64,000 nt of DNA from an uncultured Pseudomonadota bacterium (GTDB taxonomy: Bacteria; Pseudomonadota; Alphaproteobacteria; RF32; CAG-239): contig CASEZG010000002.1 of the NCBI GenBank assembly GCA_949292375.1, positions 78,182 through 142,181 of the forward strand. The letters run 5' to 3'. Made by a program: the position numbers and the translations under genes. Shown here piece by piece: positions 18,120 through 27,537 of the stretch (positions within the stretch are counted from its first letter, which is position 1; each line of letters starts with the position of its first letter). Under the pieces are notes generated by a model that saw nothing but the letters and a program-made list of their open reading frames with translations, ran no database searches and was not told the origin of the DNA.

Positions 18120-20342
18120 CTAACGTATCGGCTTAATAACGATGGTTGACAAAGGCGGGAGTGTTACGCGAATAGAATATGGTTTCATATTCCACTCCTG
18201 TTCTTCGGCCTCCATAAAACCTTCATTTTTAACGCCGCTACCCCAGTAGTTTACATCATCACTGTTAAAAATTTCTTGATAACGACATTTTTCAAAAACA
18301 CCAACGCGATAATCTCTTCTGACAACCGGCGTGAAGTTGCAAATTGTAATCAGATAGTCTCCGGGCTGACTGCCTTTACGGATATATGAAATAACACTAT
18401 CATCTGCATTAGAGTGTTCAATCCACTCAAAACCGCGGTAATCAAAATCGACTTCATAAAGTGCCGAGTTGCCCTTGTACATCAGGTTCAGGTCACGGAC
18501 GCAGTTTTGCATACCCTTGTACATCGGATATTCCAGCAAGTGCCAACGTAGGCTTTCTTCCGCATTCCATTCCCAATCCTGACCAAATTCGTTACCCATA
18601 AACAAAAGCTTCTTTCCGGGGTGGGTAAACATAAAGCCGTAATAAGCTCTTAAGTTTGCAAATTTTTGCCACTCATCTCCCGGCATTTTGGCCAACATTG
18701 AACCCTTGCCATGAACTACTTCGTCATGAGAAATCGGCAAAATAAAGTTTTCATTAAACGCATAGAGTAAACCAAAAGTCAGCATACCATGGTGGTATTT
18801 GCGATGAATGGGATCTTTGCTGATGTAACGCAAAGTATCATTCATCCATCCCATATTCCACTTATAGCCAAAACCCAATCCGCCCATTGAGGTCGGACGA
18901 GAAACCATCGGCCATGCCGTGGACTCTTCGGCACAAGTGAAGGCTCCTTTGTTGTGACCATAGACCAACTCATTCATCTTACGCAGAAAAGAAATAGCTT
19001 CCAAATTTTCGTTTCCGCCATAAATATTCGGAATCCATTCTCCGTTCTTGCGCGAATAATCCAGATATAACATGGACGCAACGGCATCTACACGCAAGCC
19101 GTCAATGTGATATTCCTTTAACCAATAAAGTGCGCTTGCACACAAGAAGTTGCATACTTCGGTGCGGCCATAGTTATAAATCTTTGTACCCCAGTCCGTA
19201 TGTTCTCCTTTGCGTGGATCCGCATGCTCATATAAATGCGTACCATCAAACTCTACCAAACCATGTCCGTCTTTCGGGAAGTGTGCCGGAACCCAATCCA
19301 TAATCACACCAATACCGGCCTGGTGGAACTTGTCAATCATATAGCGAAAATCATCCGGATTACCAAAACGAGATGTGGGGGCAAACATACCGGTTACTTG
19401 ATAACCCCAAGAAGCATCTAACGGATGTTCTGCCAAAGGCAAAAATTCGACATGCGTAAAGCCCATATTGCTGACATAGGGGACCAGATAATCAGCAAAT
19501 TCGCGATAGGTCAGATATTCTTCTCCTTGTTCACCTTTGCGACGCCATGAACCTAAGTGGACTTCGTAAACCGACATCGGACGATCAAAGCTGTTGGCTT
19601 GTTCGCGATAGTTCATCCATCCTTCATCTTCCCAATGATAGTTATCAATATTATAAACAATGGAGGCTGTGTTTGGTCTTTTTTCAGAATAAAAAGCAAC
19701 CGGGTCTGACTTAACCAAAATATAATCTTGTTGGGTTTTTACTTCATACTTGTATAACTCACCTTGACCAATACCCGGAATGAAGATATCCCACACGCCG
19801 CAAGTCGGATGCTTGCGCATCACATTAACGCGACCATCCCAGTTGTTGAAATTTCCGACAACCGAAACTCTTTTGGCATTCGGTGCCCAAACGGCAAAGC
19901 TAACACCGGAAACACCATCCATCATCATCGGATGCGCACCGAGCTTTTTATACATATCAAGATGTGTTCCTTCGGCTAAAAGATAAGCATCAATATCGCC
20001 GATGTTGGACTGAAAACGGTAAACATCTTCAGCCATATAAACATTGCCTAAGTCATTCTCAATTTTAAAACGGTATGCAAAATTTTCACCGACACCGAGG
20101 TTGATTTGATAAAAACCACGGTCATCCAATTTGGTCATTTTTCCAAGTGATGTTCCGTCATTTTTTATGACTTCAATTGAGCGCGTGTTGGGTTGATATG
20201 CTCTGATATAAACTTCTTTGCTACCCTTGTCGCGGTGTATGCCTAAAACAGCAAAAACATTGCCGTGATTACCGTCAATTACTGCCTGCATTTCTTCTTT
20301 TGATAACAGATATTCCATATAGCCCCCTATAGACTTAGACAT
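18120..20342 (-). CDS. glgB: 1,4-alpha-glucan branching enzyme GlgB
   Basis: 740 aa. [34 protein letters not shown] and [13 protein letters not shown] are canonical GlgB blocks. Confidence 0.9.
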   Translation of the reverse strand: MSKSIGGYMEYLLSKEEMQAVIDGNHGNVFAVLGIHRDKGSKEVYIRAYQPNTRSIEVIKNDGTSLGKMTKLDDRGFYQINLGVGENFAYRFKIENDLGNVYMAEDVYRFQSNIGDIDAYLLAEGTHLDMYKKLGAHPMMMDGVSGVSFAVWAPNAKRVSVVGNFNNWDGRVNVMRKHPTCGVWDIFIPGIGQGELYKYEVKTQQDYILVKSDPVAFYSEKRPNTASIVYNIDNYHWEDEGWMNYREQANSFDRPMSVYEVHLGSWRRKGEQGEEYLTYREFADYLVPYVSNMGFTHVEFLPLAEHPLDASWGYQVTGMFAPTSRFGNPDDFRYMIDKFHQAGIGVIMDWVPAHFPKDGHGLVEFDGTHLYEHADPRKGEHTDWGTKIYNYGRTEVCNFLCASALYWLKEYHIDGLRVDAVASMLYLDYSRKNGEWIPNIYGGNENLEAISFLRKMNELVYGHNKGAFTCAEESTAWPMVSRPTSMGGLGFGYKWNMGWMNDTLRYISKDPIHRKYHHGMLTFGLLYAFNENFILPISHDEVVHGKGSMLAKMPGDEWQKFANLRAYYGFMFTHPGKKLLFMGNEFGQDWEWNAEESLRWHLLEYPMYKGMQNCVRDLNLMYKGNSALYEVDFDYRGFEWIEHSNADDSVISYIRKGSQPGDYLITICNFTPVVRRDYRVGVFEKCRYQEIFNSDDVNYWGSGVKNEGFMEAEEQEWNMKPYSIRVTLPPLSTIVIKPIR

Positions 20343-20469
20343 AATTAATTTTTATAATAAAATAGCCCTTCAAAAATAGATATAAATTCTTCTCATTTTA
20401 ATTGCAAGGTAAATTCGGTACCTGTTTATCTTTTATTTTGCAAAATCAATATTATCTCAAGATTTGTTA

Positions 20470-20497
20470 TTGACGTATAAAATTTTGAATGTATATT
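20470..20497 (+). promoter_or_regulatory. Putative sigma70 promoter
   Basis: TTGACG-N16-TATATT, about 45 nt upstream of the ATG at 20542 (RBS GGAG at 20532). Confidence 0.4.
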
Positions 20498-20541
20498 AGA
20501 ACGTGTTAGCAAACATTTTTTATTTTTATTTGGAGTTAGTT

Positions 20542-20793
20542 ATGGTTAAATACAACGAAAATGCAATCAAAGAAGCTGCTTACTATTTGTGGGAAAATGC
20601 TGGTCGCCCGATGGGTCAGGACGAGTATTTTTGGTCTTTGGCTGTAGCTCAGTTTTCTAACAATTGCAAATCTTCTTCTTGCAAGTCTAACACTTCTTGC
20701 AACACAAAGAAGACCTCTGCTTCTTCTAAGAAAACTTGCAGCAAAACATCTTCTTGCAAGAGCACTTCTTCTGCTAAAAAATCTGCAAAATAA
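20542..20793 (+). CDS. DUF2934-domain small protein with a Ser/Lys/Cys-rich low-complexity tail
   Basis: IKEAAYYLWENAGRPMGQDEYFWSLAVAQ matches the DUF2934 core. The tail reads NNCKSSSCKSNTSCNTKKTSASSKKTCSKTSSCKSTSSAKKSAK. Good RBS, followed by a terminator. Confidence 0.6.
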   Translation: MVKYNENAIKEAAYYLWENAGRPMGQDEYFWSLAVAQFSNNCKSSSCKSNTSCNTKKTSASSKKTCSKTSSCKSTSSAKKSAK

Positions 20794-20820
20794 TCGCATT
20801 TTTTTAGAGTTGAAATTATA

Positions 20821-20852
20821 AAAAAAACCTCTCATTTTTGAGAGGTTTTTTT
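20821..20852. terminator. Bidirectional rho-independent terminator
   Basis: AAAAAAACCTCTCA-tttt-TGAGAGGTTTTTTT between convergent genes. Confidence 0.7.
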
Positions 20853-20864
20853 ATTGCGTTTGGC

Positions 20865-22391
20865 TTACTTTTTTTGAGCTGAAATTACATATCCAAACAC
20901 TTCGGAATCACCTTCATTTCTTAGTTTTTCTCGACTGATTTTTTCTTGTAAAAAATTATTTTTTTCAAGCAAATTTTGAACATATTTTAGACTATGTAAA
21001 AAACGACCTGAGGCATGCAAAAACCACTCAGAATCGTTTATAGAATTTTCTGAAACAGTGAAGATTATGCGACCATTTTTTTTAAGAGAATCAGAAAGTG
21101 CTGAAAAGAGTTTTTTCATATCCCCGATGTAGGTAAAAACATCTGCAGCAACAATCAAATTATAAGATGATTTTTGGCCTTCAAGATGTTCTATAATATC
21201 TTGGCAAATCAACTTATTATATATCTTTTTAGCGGCAGCCTCTTTGAGCATTCCGGAAGACAAATCAACTCCAATCAGACCTCTGAAAGAGGCATATTTT
21301 TTTAGAAATTTTCCGCATAATCCGGTACCGCAACCCGCATCCAGAATCCTTAATCCAAAGTATTTTGATGAACCGTAAATTTCTTGTAAGAATCTATAAA
21401 TTAAGTCTGGTGCCCGATATTCAAGTCCGTGCAAAACTTGCTCAAAATCAGGAGCGAAAACATCAAAAATATTACGTATATATTCCGCCGGAGCAATATC
21501 CTCAGAACCCTTATCAGACAAGGCTTTGCACATATGTAAAACTATTTTATTTTTGCCATATTTTTCTTGCCAAGTTTTTACATATTCTGCACAAAGAGAA
21601 TCTTGTTTTTCTAATTTTGCTTCATATAAAAGATAACCAAAATTTATATGATGAGACTCTTCTCCATCACTTTTTTCCACAGCCTGCCATCCATTTTCAA
21701 GGGCATTTTTCCACAGCAATTTTTTTTGATATGCTTGTGATAAATAATTGTGAATCCATGGGTCTGCAGAATCGATTTTTTCGGCTGTTAAAAATGCCGA
21801 TAATGCTTCGTCATAATCACCTGTTTCCAACGCGGAATTTCCAATTAATGTCCAAGCCTGCAAAGCTTTGGAATCCAACTTTGCCGCCTGCTTGGCATAC
21901 TGCAAAGACAAGACATATTCTTTTAGGTCAAAATAGGTATTGGCCAGATTGATGACGGCAACAAAATAATCTTCTTTTATCTCGACTGCTTTTTTATAAT
22001 ATTCCAATGCTCCGGTATATTTTTTTTGGCGATAAAAAACGTTGCCTAAATTTATCAGTGCTGAAAGATTTTTAGAATCATATTTCAAAGCTAGACGAGA
22101 ATATTTTTCCGCCTCCTCCATTTTTTCCAGTTCATAATACGCGGTTGCCAAATTACTTATGGCCGGAAGAGATTTTTTATTTTGCTTATATGCTTTGAGA
22201 TAACATTTAACCGCCGACTCTTTATTGCCCATTGCATCAAAACAATTTCCAGCACAAATATAGTATTCTTCCTTTTGAGGAGAACTTTGGGCAAGCTCTA
22301 ACCAAGCAGAAAGCGCCAAGGGAAACTCGCCTTTTTGATAATATTCTTGCGCCATATTTTCCAGATTTGACAATGTCTTAACCCTTTTCAT
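20865..22391 (-). CDS. TPR-repeat protein fused to a class I SAM-dependent methyltransferase
   Basis: The N-terminal approx 230 aa are TPR-like repeats (GNCFDAMGNKESAVKCYLKAY and others). The C-terminus has MTase motif I, ILDAGCGTGLCG. Confidence 0.8.
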   Translation of the reverse strand: MKRVKTLSNLENMAQEYYQKGEFPLALSAWLELAQSSPQKEEYYICAGNCFDAMGNKESAVKCYLKAYKQNKKSLPAISNLATAYYELEKMEEAEKYSRLALKYDSKNLSALINLGNVFYRQKKYTGALEYYKKAVEIKEDYFVAVINLANTYFDLKEYVLSLQYAKQAAKLDSKALQAWTLIGNSALETGDYDEALSAFLTAEKIDSADPWIHNYLSQAYQKKLLWKNALENGWQAVEKSDGEESHHINFGYLLYEAKLEKQDSLCAEYVKTWQEKYGKNKIVLHMCKALSDKGSEDIAPAEYIRNIFDVFAPDFEQVLHGLEYRAPDLIYRFLQEIYGSSKYFGLRILDAGCGTGLCGKFLKKYASFRGLIGVDLSSGMLKEAAAKKIYNKLICQDIIEHLEGQKSSYNLIVAADVFTYIGDMKKLFSALSDSLKKNGRIIFTVSENSINDSEWFLHASGRFLHSLKYVQNLLEKNNFLQEKISREKLRNEGDSEVFGYVISAQKK

Positions 22392-22434
22392 GCAAATTTA
22401 TTGATATTTTTAATGATTTTTAGTAAAAAAACTA

Positions 22435-22463
22435 TTGACGTTTGGAAATAAATAATATATTTA
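22435..22463 (+). promoter_or_regulatory. Putative sigma70 promoter for tRNA-Leu
   Basis: TTGACG-N17-TATTTA ending about 18 nt before the mature tRNA 5' end. Confidence 0.3.
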
Positions 22464-22480
22464 TTCTCTTCGTAAACGAT

Positions 22481-22566
22481 GGGGGTATGGCGGAACTGGT
22501 AGACGCGCTAGACTCAAAATCTTGTGGCCTCAGGCCGTGTCAGTTCAAGTCTGACTACCCCTACCA
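22481..22566 (+). tRNA. tRNA-Leu (anticodon CAA), type II with long variable arm, CCA encoded
   Basis: Folded by hand: acceptor GGGGGTA/TACCCCT, 3-bp D stem, anticodon loop CT-CAA-AA, variable arm GGCC-tca-GGCC, T arm GTCAG-TTCAAGT-CTGAC, and 3' ACCA. Confidence 0.9.
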
Positions 22567-22570
22567 ATCA

Positions 22571-22605
22571 AAAAAAAAGACCTGTTTTTTACAGGTCTTT
22601 TTTTT
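22571..22605. terminator. Bidirectional rho-independent terminator
   Basis: AAAAAAAAGACCTGT-ttttt-ACAGGTCTTTTTTTT immediately after the tRNA. Confidence 0.7.
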
Positions 22606-22948
22606 ATTCTATTACTTCAATAAAGTTTGAATATCGGCCCACCGATTCATTAGACTGCTTGAGCGCAACATCGCTCATTATCTTATTTTCATACAGCTCC
22701 TTAAAATAATCCGTCGGTTCCACGCTTAAAATTGAAGATGCTTCATCATAGCTCAATTCCAGCCCTATCAGCGGTGCCGTCACATCAAAGTTTATCATCT
22801 TTTCATAATATTCTTTGGCTATCTTAAACTTGGTGGTCAGCGGTGTATCCGTCCCCTCGTCTCTGATTTGCACATAACGTTTGGCCGTTTCAAAACGGAT
22901 ATAATTTTCTATCAGAATCGGAAAAAACTCTTCCAATGCTTCAGCCAT
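22604..22948 (-). CDS. Hypothetical protein (114 aa)
   Basis: ORF with a good RBS (GAGAGGAAATT-ATG) at the internal ATG 22948. No family recognised. Confidence 0.45.
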   Translation of the reverse strand: MAEALEEFFPILIENYIRFETAKRYVQIRDEGTDTPLTTKFKIAKEYYEKMINFDVTAPLIGLELSYDEASSILSVEPTDYFKELYENKIMSDVALKQSNESVGRYSNFIEVIE

Positions 22949-23099
22949 AATTTCCTCTCTTTTACATTTGACTTTTGTTTTTTCTACAGCCTGTAATAAC
23001 ATCTGTCAATCACTAATAAAATTGCCCAAAAAGTTTATATACAAGCAGCAAAAAATCTTGTAGCATCATCTTAAATTAAACATTTTCGGAGAAGTAAAT

Positions 23100-23786
23100 A
23101 TGTCTGACATCTTGCAATATGAGGACTTGCGAATCACCTTTCTCGGGCACAGTGGTTTTGTGCTCAACAAAGACGAATATTCCGTGGTAATTGATCCTTT
23201 TTTGACCAATGCTCCGATGTCCACTCAAAAACCGGAATCCATTAAAGCTACGGATATTTTGCTTACCCACGGCCATGCTGACCATTTGGGTGATGCCGTT
23301 GCCATTTCTAAAGCTAACAAAGCCCCTATTACCGCTGTTATGGAGCTTGCCGAATATTGCGCCGAGCAAGGTGCGGAAATCATCCGCCTTCCCATCGGCG
23401 GCACTTGGAAATATGCTTGGGGAACAGCACAATTTCGTTATGCCATACACAGCGGATTTTTACCTAACGGTAAGCCCTTCGGTCAAGCTGCAAGCATCTT
23501 TATGAACTTTGGCAAGGTCAAAGTCTATGCCTTGGGCGATACGGCTCTCCAGCAAGATTTTAAGCTTGTCGGTGAAGTTTATAAACCAGACATCGCTTTT
23601 ATTCCCATCGGCGGGCGTGCGAATATGAATATTGATGAAGCAGTCATCGCCGCCGGTTGGCTTAATCCCAAAATCGTCGTACCCATCCACTATGACCTCT
23701 TCACGGAAGGGAAAGTTGACCCGCTTGACTTTAAAACCAAATTGGAATCCGCAACCAACATTCAATGCAAAATTATGCTCCCCTGA
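23100..23786 (+). CDS. UPF0173-type metallo-beta-lactamase-fold hydrolase
   Basis: LRITFLGHSGFVL, ILLTHGHADHLGD and VPIHYD fit the MBL-fold UPF0173 family pattern. Confidence 0.8.
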   Translation: MSDILQYEDLRITFLGHSGFVLNKDEYSVVIDPFLTNAPMSTQKPESIKATDILLTHGHADHLGDAVAISKANKAPITAVMELAEYCAEQGAEIIRLPIGGTWKYAWGTAQFRYAIHSGFLPNGKPFGQAASIFMNFGKVKVYALGDTALQQDFKLVGEVYKPDIAFIPIGGRANMNIDEAVIAAGWLNPKIVVPIHYDLFTEGKVDPLDFKTKLESATNIQCKIMLP

Positions 23787-23920
23787 CAAGCTGTTGCCAG
23801 CTTGACAAGTGGACGCACTTGAGCGAACACTGGCTGCTTTGAGAATCTTTATTGAACCGCGCAAGCTGTTGCCAGCTTGACCGCATCAATGGCTGCGGTG
23901 CTAACCTTTGTTGAACCGCG
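23787..23920. repeat. Two tandem copies of a hairpin-bearing intergenic repeat
   Basis: CAAGCTGTTGCCAGCTTGAC occurs at 23787 and 23862. It is itself a 7-bp stem, CAAGCTG-ttgc-CAGCTTG. Each unit ends with TTGAACCGCG (23852 and 23911). Confidence 0.6.
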
Positions 23921-23964
23921 ATGCTTCCTAAGTGCATATCTATCTTTTGTACCCTGTGTCTTAA

Positions 23965-23997
23965 ATAAAAAAAAGCACCTTGCGGTGCTTCTTTTTT
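23965..23997. terminator. Bidirectional rho-independent terminator (MBL hydrolase / cysS convergent)
   Basis: AAAAAAAAAGCACC-ttgc-GGTGCTTCTTTTTT. Confidence 0.6.
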
Positions 23998-25381
23998 ATG
24001 CTCTTTTCCAGGTTGTACCTGATGGTGTGTCTTCCAAGATTATACCGGCCTCTTTCAACTCGTTGCGAATCTGGTCTGCCTGTGCATAATCTTTGTTCTT
24101 TTTGGCAGCCAGACGTTCCGCAATTTTTGCTTCAATATCAGCCTCGCTCATACCGCCTTTTTCATCAGCTCCGCCCTTAAACCAAACTTCCGGCTCTTGG
24201 TACAATAAACCCAAAACATCTGCCGAAGCCAAAAGCTCAGATTTATACTTAGCCTTCTCTTCCATTGTTTCAGCTTTGTTCAGATTATTGACAATCTCGT
24301 GCAGAACAGACAATGCCAAAGGTGTGTTGATATCATCAGCCAAAGCTTCCATCAACTTAGCATTCGGAGTTGTTTTTTCAGCCTTAACATCGGCATTCTG
24401 ACGCAAAGCATTATAGAACTTGTCTAATGCTGCTTTTGCCTGATTCAGCCCCTCAAAAGTGAAGTTAAACGGCTGATGGTAATGTGTGGTCAAGAACAAC
24501 AGACGCAGTGCCTCTGCCGGATATTTGGATATAATCTCGTCCACATTATAGAAGTTACCCAAAGACTTGGACATCTTAACACCATCTACCATCAACATTC
24601 CGGCATGCACCCAATATTTGGCAAAACTTGAGCCGGGATGTGCGCAGCAAGACTGAGCGCATTCGTTCTCGTGGTGCGGAAAAATCAAGTCTGAACCGCC
24701 GCCGTGAATGTCAAAAGAATCGCCCAATAATTTGGAGCTCATCGCCGAGCATTCCAAATGCCAGCCGGGGCGGCCATAGCCCCAAGGGCTGTTCCATCCG
24801 GGCTGGTCGGGGTCTGAGGGTTTCCACAAAATGAAGTCTGCCGGATTTTTCTTATAATCCGCAACCTCAATGCGTGCACCGGCCAACATCTCCTTCATGG
24901 AACGGCCGGAAAGAAAACCATAATTCGGCATAGAATCTACACTGAACAGAACATGTCCCTCTGCCTCATAAGCATGACCATTTTGCAAAAGCAACTTAAC
25001 CAGCTCTATCATCTCCTGAATATACTCTGTCGCACGCGGGCGATAATTCGGATTCAGAACATTCAGTTTTTTCATATCGTCCAGATACCACTGAAAAGTC
25101 TGTTCCGTAATCTCACGGATGGATTTTCCGGTTTCTTTGTGCTTGTTTAGAATCTTGTCATCAACATCCGTAATATTAGACACGTAAGTTACGTGCTCTT
25201 TGCCATAAACCTGACACAGAAAACGATACAACACATCAAAAACAACCGAGGTTTTGGCATTGCCCAGATGTGCGCGGTCATAAACAGTCGGACCGCAGAC
25301 ATACATACGCACGTTGTTTGCATCAATCGGGGTAAACTCCTGTTTGCGGCGCAACAGCGTATTATGCAAGCTGATTTTCAT
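23996..25381 (-). CDS. cysS: Cysteine--tRNA ligase
   Basis: HIGH-type motif (CGPTVYDRAHLGNA), KMSKS present, Zn-site region GWHLECS. ATG at 25381 (MKISLHNTL) preferred. Confidence 0.95.
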   Translation of the reverse strand: MKISLHNTLLRRKQEFTPIDANNVRMYVCGPTVYDRAHLGNAKTSVVFDVLYRFLCQVYGKEHVTYVSNITDVDDKILNKHKETGKSIREITEQTFQWYLDDMKKLNVLNPNYRPRATEYIQEMIELVKLLLQNGHAYEAEGHVLFSVDSMPNYGFLSGRSMKEMLAGARIEVADYKKNPADFILWKPSDPDQPGWNSPWGYGRPGWHLECSAMSSKLLGDSFDIHGGGSDLIFPHHENECAQSCCAHPGSSFAKYWVHAGMLMVDGVKMSKSLGNFYNVDEIISKYPAEALRLLFLTTHYHQPFNFTFEGLNQAKAALDKFYNALRQNADVKAEKTTPNAKLMEALADDINTPLALSVLHEIVNNLNKAETMEEKAKYKSELLASADVLGLLYQEPEVWFKGGADEKGGMSEADIEAKIAERLAAKKNKDYAQADQIRNELKEAGIILEDTPSGTTWKRA

Positions 25382-25391
25382 TTTCTGTCTC

Positions 25392-26708
25392 CTAATCACT
25401 TATTCCCATAAGGCGTTTTTGAGCCTTTTCTCTGCCGATGAAAGGCAGGAGATGTTTTAGTTCCGGTCCATCCGGCAAACCGGTTAAGGCCAGACGTAGC
25501 GGATGGAACAAATCTTTTCCTTTTTTGCCGGTTTGTTGCTTAATGGAATCGGTCCAAGTTTTCCAGGTTTCGTCATTCCACGGCTCTTGCGGCAAAAGCT
25601 CGGCCGCAGCCTTAGTTACAACTTCATCTTCAAGCACAGGTTTAATATTTTTAAAGCAAACATCAGCCCAAATCTGAACATCATCAACCTTGCTTAAATT
25701 ACCGCGGACGGCATTCCAAAATTCTTCACTGACATTCACCCTATCTTTGACATTTTCATAAGGCAGAGTATGCAGATAAACCGTATTGAAACGGCGCAAA
25801 TCCTCGGCATCAAACTTTGGCTGAGAACGACCTAAACGACCGAAATCCAGAGATGCAGCCAAATTTTCCAGCGCATAAAAAGGCTCAATGCTTTCAGAAG
25901 TGCCAAGCTTTGCCAAGAAAGAGCAAATTGCCATAGGCTCAATGCCTTCAGCTCTCAACTCTCGAACCCCTAAAGAACCCAAACGCTTGGATAATTTACC
26001 TTCCTTACCCGTGAGCAACGGCAAATGTGCAAACTCCGGCACTTGACCGCCGATAGCATTAAACATCTCTATCTGGACTGCCGTATTGGTCACATGGTCC
26101 TCGCCGCGGACAATATGTGTAATCCCAAAGTCAACGTCATCAATAACCGAAGGCAGATGATACAAGAAAGTTCCGTCTTCGCGAATAACAATCGGGTCAC
26201 TCAACTTAGATGCGTCATACTTAACCTCACCGCGAATCAGGTCGGTCCACTTAATCTCACCGGAAACAAGTTTGAAACGATAATGCGGACGGCGGCCGGC
26301 TTTCTCTCGCTGCGCGATTTCTTCATCACTCAATCTGCGGGCATATATCGGCGGTTGACCTTTGGCCATAAGCTGCTTACGCATCAACTCCAATTCTTCC
26401 GGAGTTTCCCAGCAAGCATAAATCCGTCCTTGTTGTTTGAGCTGCTCCACAAAGGCATTATAACGACCCATCCTAGCGGACTGACGTGCTTCCTCCGTCC
26501 AGTTTAGTCCGAGCCAAACCAGTGACTCTCTTAATGAATCCTCATATTCTTTCTTGGAACGCTCTCTATCCGTATCATCTATACGGAGCATAAAACGACC
26601 ACCTAACTTTTTAGCTAAAAGCCAATTAAACAATGCTGTGCGCGTATTGCCGATGTGCATATAGCCGGTCGGGCTCGGCGCAAATCTAACCTTAATATTA
26701 TTACTCAT
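25392..26708 (-). CDS. gltX: Glutamate--tRNA ligase
   Basis: VRFAPSPTGYMHIGNTRTALFNWL (HIGH motif) and KLSKRLG (KMSKS motif), 438 aa. Confidence 0.95.
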   Translation of the reverse strand: MSNNIKVRFAPSPTGYMHIGNTRTALFNWLLAKKLGGRFMLRIDDTDRERSKKEYEDSLRESLVWLGLNWTEEARQSARMGRYNAFVEQLKQQGRIYACWETPEELELMRKQLMAKGQPPIYARRLSDEEIAQREKAGRRPHYRFKLVSGEIKWTDLIRGEVKYDASKLSDPIVIREDGTFLYHLPSVIDDVDFGITHIVRGEDHVTNTAVQIEMFNAIGGQVPEFAHLPLLTGKEGKLSKRLGSLGVRELRAEGIEPMAICSFLAKLGTSESIEPFYALENLAASLDFGRLGRSQPKFDAEDLRRFNTVYLHTLPYENVKDRVNVSEEFWNAVRGNLSKVDDVQIWADVCFKNIKPVLEDEVVTKAAAELLPQEPWNDETWKTWTDSIKQQTGKKGKDLFHPLRLALTGLPDGPELKHLLPFIGREKAQKRLMGISD

Positions 26709-26781
26709 AAAAAAAATCCACTAAAGTTTTGCAAAACTATAGCGGATAATATAAGTTTGTTACAATAAATTCAACAGATTT

Positions 26782-27447
26782 TTAGAGATTTTGTTCTCCT
26801 AAATTCATTTGATTTTGTTTCTCTGCCGATGCGGTTACGGTTTCCAAATCTTCCAAGAACCATTCTATCTCATCATCAAGCTCTTTTATCATCTCGTAAA
26901 AACGCCCACGATACGAGAGAATCAGGCTGCTTTCGCCTAATTTGAGATCAATGATTTTTATTCTTCCATCAACCTTATGAACCCTAAAACTCACCAAAAA
27001 ACTGTTTTGCTTCTGAGCATCGGAAACTTCGCCGTCTAAGGTGATTAATGTGTTGATATCCGTATAGTTCTTTTCTGTTTTAACCGAGGCCACCTTAAAA
27101 TTTATATCAAAGTCAAAATTTAGCGGAAAACCTTTATACAAGCTCAAAGAATAACGCTTAAACAAAGGCATATATCTTTCTTGCTGTTCTTTGGTCATTT
27201 GACGCCAATATTTGCCTATTACAAACTTGCCGATATAATCTAAATCAATGTCATTCAAGAACATCTCATCCAGTTTGGCATATTTTACTGAAATATCTTG
27301 AAGAGCAAAAGTATCAAGCAAATCTTTTCCTTTTTGATAGGTCCAGCTTTCTGCCTCTTGTTGAGATATCTTTTCCGCACACAAAGCCACATCAGCAAAG
27401 CTCACAAAACAAAATATGATAAGTTGTAAAAAAATCTTACTTTTCAT
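26782..27447 (-). CDS. mlaC: MlaC/Ttg2D-family periplasmic phospholipid-binding protein
   Basis: Signal peptide. IDLDYIGKFVIGKYWRQMTKEQQERYMPLFKRYSLSLY is typical of the Tol-tolerance/MlaC family. Confidence 0.65.
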   Translation of the reverse strand: MKSKIFLQLIIFCFVSFADVALCAEKISQQEAESWTYQKGKDLLDTFALQDISVKYAKLDEMFLNDIDLDYIGKFVIGKYWRQMTKEQQERYMPLFKRYSLSLYKGFPLNFDFDINFKVASVKTEKNYTDINTLITLDGEVSDAQKQNSFLVSFRVHKVDGRIKIIDLKLGESSLILSYRGRFYEMIKELDDEIEWFLEDLETVTASAEKQNQMNLGEQNL

Positions 27448-27472
27448 AAAAAATCTCTTATTATTGTTCTAT

Positions 27473-27536
27473 CTTTTGTAACTATAACATAATTTGGTTA
27501 ATAACTTTTGTAACTATAACATAATTTGGTTAATAA
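27473..27536. repeat. Perfect 32-bp tandem duplication (2 copies) in a divergent intergenic region
   Basis: CTTTTGTAACTATAACATAATTTGGTTAATAA at 27473-27504 is repeated exactly at 27505-27536, ending 1 nt before the ATG at 27538. Confidence 0.9.
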
Positions 27537-27537
27537 A

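Noticed and set aside
21365-21952. 195-aa plus-strand ORF
   Set aside because: It is antisense to the TPR-methyltransferase gene and has no motif support.
22481-22566. tRNA-Leu as the integration site of the phage-like cluster
   Set aside because: The tRNA is about 6.8 kb from the cluster. Housekeeping genes (cysS, gltX, mlaC-like, binding protein, esterase) lie in between, and I saw no partial tRNA duplicate near 29.3 or 40.3 kb.
27473-27536. CRISPR-like array
   Set aside because: There are only two directly abutting identical 32-bp units with no spacers, and no cas genes in the window. This is a tandem duplication, not a CRISPR. No CRISPR array was seen anywhere in the window.
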